In this document: one piece after another, positions 19,438 to 26,811 of the stretch
Layout: each line of letters starts with the position of its first letter
How positions within the stretch are numbered: position 1 is the stretch's first letter
NCBI RefSeq assembly: GCF_000155895.1
Contig: NZ_DS995298.1
Coordinates: forward strand, 420,001-452,000
DNA from: Candidatus Pelagibacter sp. HTCC7211
Lineage (GTDB): Bacteria > Pseudomonadota > Alphaproteobacteria > Pelagibacterales > Pelagibacteraceae
Reading direction: 5' to 3'
Length of the DNA stretch: 32,000 nt
Program-made: the position numbers and the translations under genes
The notes under the pieces: generated by a model
Told to the model about the DNA's origin: nothing
The model's input: the letters and a program-made list of their open reading frames with translations, nothing else
The model's database searches: none

Positions 19438-20418
19438 ATGATAGCAAAAAAAATTCTTAATTGGTACGATAATAATAAAAGATCTCTTCCCTGGAGAAGA
19501 AAATGTTCATCCAAGCAAAAAGAGTATTTTACTCTTGTAAGTGAATTTATGTTGCAACAAACACAGGTAACAACAGTTATTCCGTATTTTAATAATTTTA
19601 TAAAAAATATTCCAAATTTTGAAGCTTTAGCAAAAGTTAACGAAACTACACTTTTAAGATGTTGGCAAGGACTTGGTTATTATTCTAGAGCAAAAAATCT
19701 TAAAAAAAGTGCGAGATTGATAATTGATAAATACGATGGAAGACTTCCTGATAATTATGATGAACTTATAAAACTACCTGGAGTAGGGGATTATACAGCT
19801 AGCGCAATATCTGCAATTGCTTTTAATCAACAAATTATTCCTTTAGATGGAAATATAGAAAGATTATTAAAACGTATTTTAAATTTAAAAACTGAGAAAG
19901 AGATTAAAAAGGAATATCTCCATAAAGAAAAAAAAGTTTTTGGACAAACATCAAGATCTAATGATTATGTTCAGGCCTTAATGGAGATAGGAGCGCTACT
20001 TTGTAAACCAAAAAATCCTAATTGTGATAAATGCCCAATTACTAAATATTGTCTTTCATTTAAAAGACAAGACTTTGAAATTAAGAAAAAAAATAAAAAA
20101 ATTATAAATAAATTTTATCTTGCAACTTTATATAAGAACAATAATCAACTGCTACTGATTAAAAATGAAAAATTTAATTTTTTAAAAAATTTACTTATTT
20201 TTCCCATGAAAGAAATAACTCTTTTCGACTCTTTGTTAAAGTCTAACAAAAAATTAAGTATTAAAATGTCTAATATGAATATGAATATTTCTATAGATTT
20301 TTTGAATACAAAAAAAAAAACTAAAGAAGGTTTATGGATTGAAAAATCAAAATTAGAAAATTACTTAATTCCGAAATTTACAAAAAAAATATTTGAGTCT
20401 GTTAAACACAATCTATGA
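19438..20418 (+). CDS. mutY: A/G-specific adenine DNA glycosylase
   Basis: 326 aa with the HhH-GPD motif LPGVGDYTASAISAIAF, a 4Fe-4S loop C-x6-C-x2-C-x5-C (CKPKNPNCDKCPITKYC), and a C-terminal NUDIX-like domain. Confidence 0.9.
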   Translation: MIAKKILNWYDNNKRSLPWRRKCSSKQKEYFTLVSEFMLQQTQVTTVIPYFNNFIKNIPNFEALAKVNETTLLRCWQGLGYYSRAKNLKKSARLIIDKYDGRLPDNYDELIKLPGVGDYTASAISAIAFNQQIIPLDGNIERLLKRILNLKTEKEIKKEYLHKEKKVFGQTSRSNDYVQALMEIGALLCKPKNPNCDKCPITKYCLSFKRQDFEIKKKNKKIINKFYLATLYKNNNQLLLIKNEKFNFLKNLLIFPMKEITLFDSLLKSNKKLSIKMSNMNMNISIDFLNTKKKTKEGLWIEKSKLENYLIPKFTKKIFESVKHNL

Positions 20419-21566
20419 AAAAAATAGCAATTATAGGAGCTGGGATTTCAGGTTTATTTGTTGCTAATTTATTCAAAGAAAATTCTGATTATTCATTATC
20501 AATTTACGAAAAAAATAGCTCAATTGATATGGAGGAGGGGTATGGAATACAATTATCTACAAATTCTATTAAAATTTTAAATAAAATTGGATTTAATGCT
20601 TTAGATCAAAATGAAATATTTAATCCTGAAAAAATTGATTTCTACGAAAGTATTAAAGAGAAAAAAATATGCGATCTAAATATATCAGAATTTAATTCTG
20701 AAAATTGTAAGTACACAACACTTAAAAGATCTAAATTAGTTGAATTTTTAAAAAATAGATTAGACGATAATATTATCAAATATAGTCATGATATTGAAAA
20801 AATTGAAAAAAATAGCAATCAAATTACTTTAACATTTAATCAAAATAATAAAATAAACTGCGATCATTTAATTATTTCCGATGGTGTTTTTTCTAAAAGT
20901 AAATCACTAATCTCTAATGAGCAAATAAAACCTGTTTATGATAATTCTATTGCAATAAGAGGGAATATTTCAAGCAGCAATATCAGCAATATAAATAAAA
21001 AAAATATTTCATTATTTATGGGCCATGATTTTCACTATGTGATTTATCCATTAAGTAATGATAATGAAGCATTTAATTTTATTGGTATCCTAAAATATAA
21101 ATTAACAGTAAATAAGCTTGATAATTTTAATCTTTTTAAAGAAGAAACTTTCATTCAATCTATTAAAGACAAATTACAAGATAAAATTTCAGCTACTATT
21201 TTAGATAGTTTAACTAACATTAAATATTTCCCTGTTTTTGTTAGCAAAAGTTATCTCAAACCAGTTGATAATATATTTTTAGTTGGAGATGCTTTTTTTG
21301 CTTTTCCACCTTCTTTTGCACAAGGAGCATCACAATCTATTGAAGGTGGATATGAGTTATTTGACAATATTATAAATAACAAAGATCATTTCTATGATAG
21401 TAGAGCATCAAAAATAAAAATGGTAAATAATAGATCAAAAATAAATCAATTTGCCTTTCACTTGTCAAATCCAATAATTATTTTTTTTAGAAATATTTGT
21501 TTAAAGATTTTAACTAAAAATAAAAAATTTTTAGAAAATTATCTGGGAAGAATTTATAAAAATTAA
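20415..21566 (+). CDS. Class A FAD-dependent monooxygenase (UbiH/salicylate-hydroxylase-like), substrate unknown
   Basis: 383 aa with the N-terminal IAIIGAGISGL...YEK fold, the DG motif (IISDGVFSKS) and a C-terminal FAD/substrate motif VGDAFFAFPPSFAQGASQSIEGG. It overlaps mutY by ATGA. Confidence 0.75.
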   Translation: MKKIAIIGAGISGLFVANLFKENSDYSLSIYEKNSSIDMEEGYGIQLSTNSIKILNKIGFNALDQNEIFNPEKIDFYESIKEKKICDLNISEFNSENCKYTTLKRSKLVEFLKNRLDDNIIKYSHDIEKIEKNSNQITLTFNQNNKINCDHLIISDGVFSKSKSLISNEQIKPVYDNSIAIRGNISSSNISNINKKNISLFMGHDFHYVIYPLSNDNEAFNFIGILKYKLTVNKLDNFNLFKEETFIQSIKDKLQDKISATILDSLTNIKYFPVFVSKSYLKPVDNIFLVGDAFFAFPPSFAQGASQSIEGGYELFDNIINNKDHFYDSRASKIKMVNNRSKINQFAFHLSNPIIIFFRNICLKILTKNKKFLENYLGRIYKN

Positions 21567-22633
21567 TTCTTTGAAATTAATCTTTGTCTTAAATAGTCAA
21601 TCGGATAGGTTCTTCCATTAATATCACAATGCCAATAAGTCCAACCATTACAACTTTCGGCTCCTAGAATAGTTGCAGCAACTTTATGAATAGAGCCCTC
21701 GGCTTGATTATGCTTAATGCTTCCATCTGCCATTATTCTTGCAGTAATTTTTTTCTTATTATCAAAAATATTAGTTCCTGGTTTAATTATCCCTAACTCG
21801 ACCAATGAACCAAATGGAATTCTCGGTTTAGATCTATTATTTTTAAGAGTATCTAAAAAATTATCCTCAAAGGGTTTTGCATTTTTTATTCTTTTCTCAG
21901 CAGCTTTAAAATAAGTTTTTTCTTTTTCAATACCATAAAAATTTCTACCTAATTTTTTAGCCACAGTAGCTGTCGTACCTGATCCTAAAAAAGGATCTAA
22001 AATCATATCATCCTTATTTGATGAAGCTAATAAAATCCGGTGCAATAATGCTTCTGGTTTTTGTGTTGAATGAACCTTTTTCCCATTTTTTTTTAATCTT
22101 TCAGTTCCATTACAAATTGGCAAATTCCAATTAGATCTCATCTGCAAATCATCGTTTAAGCATTTAAGTGACTGATAATTAAAAGTATATTTTGATTTTT
22201 CACTTTTCGAAGCCCAAATTAAAGTTTCGTGAGCGTTTGTAAATCTTGTGCCTCTAAAATTAGGCATAGGATTATTCTTATTCCAAATGACGTCATTTAA
22301 AATCCAGAACCCTAAATTTTGAATTGTAGTTCCTACTCTAAAAATATTGTGATAACTACCTATTACCCAAATAGCTCCATTTTTTTTTAAAATTCTTTTA
22401 CACTCAGTCAGCCATGCATATGTAAATTCATCATATTTTTTAAAATTTTCAAATTGATCCCATTTATCATCAACTGCACTTACTTTAGATCTATCTGGTC
22501 TAGTTAGTTTATTCTTTAGTTGCAAATTGTATGGTGGGTCTGCAAAAACTAAATCAAAAGTCTCACTTGGAATTTTTTTTAATTCTTCAAGGCTGTCTCC
22601 ATTAATAATTTTATTTTTAAAGTCAGTATTCAT
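21563..22633 (-). CDS. ccrM: CcrM-type N6-adenine DNA methyltransferase (GANTC-specific family)
   Basis: A beta-class MTase with DPPY (VFADPPYNLQL) preceding the FxGxG SAM motif (DPFLGSGTT), plus the CcrM-specific C-terminal domain (...SIHKVAATILGAESCNGWTYW...). I prefer the ATG at 22633 (MNTDFKNKIINGDSL, which aligns with CcrM N-termini) over the TTG at 22657. Confidence 0.92.
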   Translation of the reverse strand: MNTDFKNKIINGDSLEELKKIPSETFDLVFADPPYNLQLKNKLTRPDRSKVSAVDDKWDQFENFKKYDEFTYAWLTECKRILKKNGAIWVIGSYHNIFRVGTTIQNLGFWILNDVIWNKNNPMPNFRGTRFTNAHETLIWASKSEKSKYTFNYQSLKCLNDDLQMRSNWNLPICNGTERLKKNGKKVHSTQKPEALLHRILLASSNKDDMILDPFLGSGTTATVAKKLGRNFYGIEKEKTYFKAAEKRIKNAKPFEDNFLDTLKNNRSKPRIPFGSLVELGIIKPGTNIFDNKKKITARIMADGSIKHNQAEGSIHKVAATILGAESCNGWTYWHCDINGRTYPIDYLRQRLISKN

Positions 22634-22725
22634 TTGTATAAAATAATTAGACTCCAAATGGATTCTTGGGTCAACCTGAGATTGAATTATTTGGATTCGA
22701 TTTGTGCTTATCTTAATTAGCGTGA
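22634..22725 (-). promoter_or_regulatory. ccrM upstream region carrying three copies of a 10-bp GANTC-containing motif (GAnTCCAwwT)
   Basis: GACTCCAAAT lies at 22650-22659 (+). GAATCCATTT is the reverse complement of 22656-22665. GAATCCAAAT is the reverse complement of 22689-22698. With the equally long (92 bp) trmL-petA spacer, this is the largest non-coding gap in the window. Confidence 0.5.
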
Positions 22726-23298
22726 CTAGATATTGTGTGTCTTGTAATTATTTATAGGTGAGAAGGTTTTTCTATGATGCTTACTGATACCGAGCTTTTT
22801 AATAGCTTTTAAATGTTGCTTAGTTCCATACCCAAAATTTTGATCCCAATGGTATCCTTTATTTGTTTTTGCCAATGATGTTATAAATTTATCTCTAGCA
22901 ACCTTTGCAATAATTGATGCTGCAGAAATAGAAGGAATTTTTTTATCACCTTTTATTATTGCTTTTAAATTATAATTTTTTATATCGGGAACTTTATTTC
23001 CATCAATTAAAATTTGTGTAGGTTTTTTTTTAAGTTTTTTAATAGCTCTCTTCATTGCAAGTAAACTTGCTTGTAAGATATTAATTTTATCTATTTCCTT
23101 AACTGATGCTTTACCAATTACCCAAATTGAATTCTTTTTAATATAATTTGATAATAATTCTCTTTTAATTTTAGAAATAGTCTTAGAGTCTTTTAGTAAT
23201 TTCTTATCAATATTTTTATTTAAAATTACTGCTGCTGCATAAACAGGTCCTATTAAACTTCCTCTTCCAACTTCGTCGACACCAGCTATGATTTTCAT
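22726..23298 (-). CDS. rnhB: Ribonuclease HII
   Basis: 190 aa with the N-terminal catalytic GVDEVGRGSLIGPV, plus DSK and ASIIAKV motifs. Confidence 0.93.
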   Translation of the reverse strand: MKIIAGVDEVGRGSLIGPVYAAAVILNKNIDKKLLKDSKTISKIKRELLSNYIKKNSIWVIGKASVKEIDKINILQASLLAMKRAIKKLKKKPTQILIDGNKVPDIKNYNLKAIIKGDKKIPSISAASIIAKVARDKFITSLAKTNKGYHWDQNFGYGTKQHLKAIKKLGISKHHRKTFSPINNYKTHNI

Positions 23299-23433
23299 TT
23301 ACAATAAAATAAAGTGATAAATTAATAACCCAACAAAGATCCCCTTAACAAAGGAAATCCATAACAAACCATAATTAGAAGTGTTAAGTTTTTTTGCCCA
23401 CCAAGAAATATATCTCTTATGTAATTCAATCAT
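23299..23433 (-). CDS. Small hydrophobic protein (44 aa), not in the ORF track
   Basis: My translation is MIELHKRYISWWAKKLNTSNYGLLWISFVKGIFVGLLIYHFILL. The ATG lies 5 nt after the UDG stop and its TAA abuts the rnhB ATG (TAAATG). It fills an otherwise 140-bp gap. Confidence 0.45.
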   Translation of the reverse strand: MIELHKRYISWWAKKLNTSNYGLLWISFVKGIFVGLLIYHFILL

Positions 23434-23438
23434 TTAAC

Positions 23439-24158
23439 TTAAATAACAATTTTTAATTCAGCAATTTTCTTTTTAATTTTTTTTAAATCCTCCCAAGAAT
23501 ATTTTTTATTTTCTGGAAATCTAATTAGATAAGAAGGATTAAAAGATATCATTACTGGATAGGTTTTATTTTTTAGTATTGTTTCTTTCCATTTACCCCT
23601 TTCAGATGATATTTTGGTATTAATGCCAGTTACAGCCTCCATTGCTGAGCTTCCCATTAAAATAATAATTTTTGGATTAATTATTGAAATATGTTCTTTA
23701 AGAAAAACTGAATATCTTTTAATTTCTAGTGTAGTAGGCTTACGATCTTCTGGTGGTCTAAAATTTATTGCATAACTGCAATAAATATTTTGTCTTTTTA
23801 TTCCAATTGCTAGCAGCATTTTATTTAATAGTTCTCCAATTTCACCCTTAAATGTTGAGCCAGATTTATCTTCTTCTATTCCTGGTGCTTCACCAATTAA
23901 CATGATCGGGCTATTAATATTTCCATCACCTAGAACAATATTTTTAGAATTGTCTTTTAAACTACAATTTTCAATTGAATTTATTTCACTTTGTAAATCT
24001 TTTAATAAATCAGCTTTATTTCCAAGATGAGCATCTTCATTGTTATTAATTATGTTAAATCTATTTATTGGTTTATCTGCAAATATAAAGTTTGGCTCTA
24101 TTGTATTTATTAATACCTCGTCTAATTTGCCTTTTTGATTTATAAGTTTTTTAGTCAT
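23439..24158 (-). CDS. Uracil-DNA glycosylase superfamily protein, family-4-like but atypical
   Basis: 239 aa with the family-4 motif A GEAPG (MLIGEAPGIEEDKSG). Motif B reads FNPSYL instead of HPS/HPA. An N-terminal extension of about 85 aa is present. Confidence 0.78.
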   Translation of the reverse strand: MTKKLINQKGKLDEVLINTIEPNFIFADKPINRFNIINNNEDAHLGNKADLLKDLQSEINSIENCSLKDNSKNIVLGDGNINSPIMLIGEAPGIEEDKSGSTFKGEIGELLNKMLLAIGIKRQNIYCSYAINFRPPEDRKPTTLEIKRYSVFLKEHISIINPKIIILMGSSAMEAVTGINTKISSERGKWKETILKNKTYPVMISFNPSYLIRFPENKKYSWEDLKKIKKKIAELKIVI

Positions 24159-24169
24159 AGAATAATCAA

Positions 24170-25855
24170 ATGTTTAATAAACTAGTAAAAGTATTAGCTC
24201 TTTTTTTATTATTCTACCAGACGCAAGCATATTCTAAAAGTGCTAGTTTTAATGACTTTAATTCCAGGGATTTAACAAATTATTTTTCTGGAATAATTGC
24301 ATACGAAAATAAAGAAAATACTGATGCCTTAAAATTTTTTAATGCTTCAAAAGTTTTATTAAATAAACATAACTCTTATTTAAAAAGGTATGTAAACTCA
24401 TTAGTCTTAGAAAACAAAGTTGCCCAAGCAATTAATATAATTAAAAATAAAAATAACAAAAATAATGTAGATTTTTTTAATGCATATATTTTATTAGTTA
24501 TTGATAGCTTAAAAAAAAATGATTTTAAAAAAGCTGAAGAATATTTAATTCAAAGTTTAAAATTTAAAGATCAAAAAAGGTTTAATTTAGTAATTTCAGA
24601 AACTTTAAGACAATATATCTATACATTTAAAAACAAAAAAATTTTGAACAGTAAACAGAATTTTGGAAATTTATCTTTAATATCTCAATCATTTCAAAGA
24701 TGTTATTTAGATGAAAAAAATACCGGCTCTTTCTTTCTAAATTTAATTAATAATCAGCAAGGAGATTATTCTAGGTATATATTTTTTTATATTAACTATT
24801 TAATTGATAATCAAGAAATAGATGAAGCAAAAGCCATCGGAGATCAATTAGAATATATTAATTCCACTTTATTATTAACCCAAACAAAAAGTTGGTTAGA
24901 CAAAAATAAGTTAAAAGAGTTTAATAAAATTTTTTCATGCAAAAATCATAATGATGTAATAAGCGAATTTTTATTTTTGATTTCAAATCTTTATTCTTCT
25001 CAAGATGATATTGAAAAATCTAATTTTTATTTAAATTTATCCAGTTATTTGAACCCAAAATTTAAATTTAATTTAACTCTTGTAGCTGAGAATTTTTATC
25101 TCAATAAAGAATATGACAAAGTTAAAACAGTTTTAAAAAAATTTGATAAAAAAGATGAGTTTTACTATTGGTTTAAGGTAAAAAAAGAGGCACAAATTAT
25201 CATTAAAGAACAAGGTTATGAAGATGGAATAAATTTCATAAGTTCGAAATTTAATAATATTGGTGATCAAAATTTAAAAATGGTTTTTGATATAGCCAAC
25301 TTTTATAAGAATTCAAAAAAATATAAAAAAGCAATAGAGTATTATACACAGATTATCTCAACTCTAGATGAGAATTCAGATATTAAGTCAGATATATTAT
25401 ATAGAAGAGGAGGAAGTTTCGAGCGACTAGGCAATTACAAAAAAGCAGATAAAGATTTGCTGCATTCCCTAGAAATAAATCCTGATGATGCTTATGCACT
25501 TAATTATTTGGCATACTCTTGGTTGGAGCGTGATTATAATATAGACGAAGCATTTCAAATGTTGGAAAAGGCATACTCACTTAAAAATAATGATCCTTAT
25601 ATTATCGACTCAATTGGTTGGGCATATTATTTGATAGACAATTATGTTGAGGCAGAAAAGTATCTTAAAAGAGCAGTTGAATTAATGCCAGAGGATCCAA
25701 TAGTAAATGATCATTATGGAGATATATTGTGGAAATTAAATCGAAAGATTCAAGCAAGATATTTTTGGAAAAACGTTTTAAGCTTTGAAGATACAGATGA
25801 AGATATTAGAAAAAATGTCCAATTAAAAATGATAGATGGTGTTACAAATTCTTAA
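24170..25855 (+). CDS. Secreted/periplasmic TPR-repeat protein
   Basis: 561 aa with a signal peptide (MFNKLVKVLALFLLFYQTQA/YS) and TPR-like repeats in the C-terminal third (for example YRRGGSFERLGNYKKADKDLLHSLEINPDDAYALNYLAYSW). There is no lipobox Cys. Confidence 0.72.
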   Translation: MFNKLVKVLALFLLFYQTQAYSKSASFNDFNSRDLTNYFSGIIAYENKENTDALKFFNASKVLLNKHNSYLKRYVNSLVLENKVAQAINIIKNKNNKNNVDFFNAYILLVIDSLKKNDFKKAEEYLIQSLKFKDQKRFNLVISETLRQYIYTFKNKKILNSKQNFGNLSLISQSFQRCYLDEKNTGSFFLNLINNQQGDYSRYIFFYINYLIDNQEIDEAKAIGDQLEYINSTLLLTQTKSWLDKNKLKEFNKIFSCKNHNDVISEFLFLISNLYSSQDDIEKSNFYLNLSSYLNPKFKFNLTLVAENFYLNKEYDKVKTVLKKFDKKDEFYYWFKVKKEAQIIIKEQGYEDGINFISSKFNNIGDQNLKMVFDIANFYKNSKKYKKAIEYYTQIISTLDENSDIKSDILYRRGGSFERLGNYKKADKDLLHSLEINPDDAYALNYLAYSWLERDYNIDEAFQMLEKAYSLKNNDPYIIDSIGWAYYLIDNYVEAEKYLKRAVELMPEDPIVNDHYGDILWKLNRKIQARYFWKNVLSFEDTDEDIRKNVQLKMIDGVTNS

Positions 25856-26701
25856 ATGAAGACATATCGAGTTAAATCATTTGCTAAAATTAATTTAGCA
25901 TTAAATGTAACTGGTAAACTTGATTTATTGCATAAAATAGAGAGCATTTTTTATTTTATAAATTTACATGACACAATTACGATTAAACAAATTAATAGTC
26001 TAGATCATCGTATTTCTTATTTTGGAAAATTTTCTAAAAATATTGGTAGAAATAATACAATTACAAATTTATTTAAAATACTTGATCAAGAAAAGCTAAT
26101 TAGAAATAAAAAATTTCAAATAAAGATAAATAAGAATATACCCCAGCAAGCAGGGCTTGGTGGAGGATCAATGAATGCAGCTAGAATTTTAAATTTTTTA
26201 ATAAAAAAAAAATATATTAAAATAAATCAAAAAAAAATTACTGATATTTCTAACTCAATTGGATCAGATGTAATTCTTGGAGTGGATCTTAAAAATGGGA
26301 TTTTAAAATCTAATAATAACATTAAAAAATTTTCTAACTGTAATAAATTTTATGTACTTTTGGTAAAGCCAAATTTTGGCTGTTCTACAAAGGCTATTTA
26401 TTCAGGGGTTAAAAATTTTACAAGATCAAAATATAATAGACCAAAAAAGATAATGTTTAGTCCGCAATATTTGTCCAAACAAAATAATGCTTTAGAGAAT
26501 GTTGCTTTTTTAAAATATCCAAAGCTTAAAAAAATCAAATTATTTCTAGAAAATTTAAAACAGCCATTATTTGTGAGAATGACTGGCTCAGGTTCAGTAT
26601 TGGTTGCATATTTTCATTCAAAAAAAGATTGTGACATGGCAAAAGTTCATTTTAAAAGAAAATATAAAAATTATTGGTGTAATACATCAAAAACTCTATA
26701 A
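25856..26701 (+). CDS. ispE: 4-diphosphocytidyl-2-C-methyl-D-erythritol kinase (MEP pathway)
   Basis: 281 aa GHMP kinase with the motif PQQAGLGGGSMNAA and N-terminal KINLALNV. The start abuts the TPR gene stop (TAAATG). Confidence 0.88.
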   Translation: MKTYRVKSFAKINLALNVTGKLDLLHKIESIFYFINLHDTITIKQINSLDHRISYFGKFSKNIGRNNTITNLFKILDQEKLIRNKKFQIKINKNIPQQAGLGGGSMNAARILNFLIKKKYIKINQKKITDISNSIGSDVILGVDLKNGILKSNNNIKKFSNCNKFYVLLVKPNFGCSTKAIYSGVKNFTRSKYNRPKKIMFSPQYLSKQNNALENVAFLKYPKLKKIKLFLENLKQPLFVRMTGSGSVLVAYFHSKKDCDMAKVHFKRKYKNYWCNTSKTL

Positions 26702-26734
26702 ATTTTATATTTTTGTGTTATACGAAATTAATAT

Positions 26735-26808
26735 TGGGGCGTAGCCAAGCGGTAAGGCACTGGTTTTTGGTACCGGCATCCTAGGTTCGAATCCTAGCGC
26801 CCCAGCCA
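26735..26808 (+). tRNA. tRNA-Gln (anticodon UUG), 3' CCA encoded
   Basis: A hand-folded cloverleaf. The acceptor TGGGGCG pairs with CGCCCCA, giving U1-A72 and G73, which are typical for bacterial tRNA-Gln. The D arm is GCCAAGCGGTAAGGC. The anticodon stem is CTGGT/ACCGG with loop TTTTGGT. The T arm is CTAGG-TTCGAAT-CCTAG, followed by GCCA. Confidence 0.93.
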
Positions 26809-26811
26809 TAT

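Noticed and set aside
20310-20320. An A11 homopolymer inside mutY (encoding ...NTKKKTK...), considered as a slippage-prone phase-variation switch for a mutator gene.
   Set aside because: In a genome this AT- and Lys(AAA)-rich, A-runs of 8-11 nt are common; many are visible throughout the window, including in thrC, ispE and cca. The tract is therefore not distinctive, and I have no evidence for length polymorphism.
21717-21914. 65-aa plus-strand ORF inside ccrM.
   Set aside because: It is an antisense shadow within the well-supported C-terminal domain of CcrM.
22634-22657. The track's longer ccrM start (TTG at 22657, MESNYFIQ...), and similarly the TTG start at 19447 for the DUF721-like ORF.
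   Set aside because: Both extensions begin at TTG, with an in-frame ATG 8 codons downstream. For ccrM, the ATG form aligns with known CcrM N-termini. For the DUF721-like gene, the TTG form would overlap mutY head-to-head. The extensions are kept only as alternatives.
26702-26811. The tRNA-Gln locus as an integration hotspot or genomic-island boundary.
   Set aside because: There is no integrase, no noticed direct repeat of the tRNA 3' end, and no accessory-type genes on either side. The flanking genes (ispE, cca) are core housekeeping genes packed within 3-33 nt of the tRNA.
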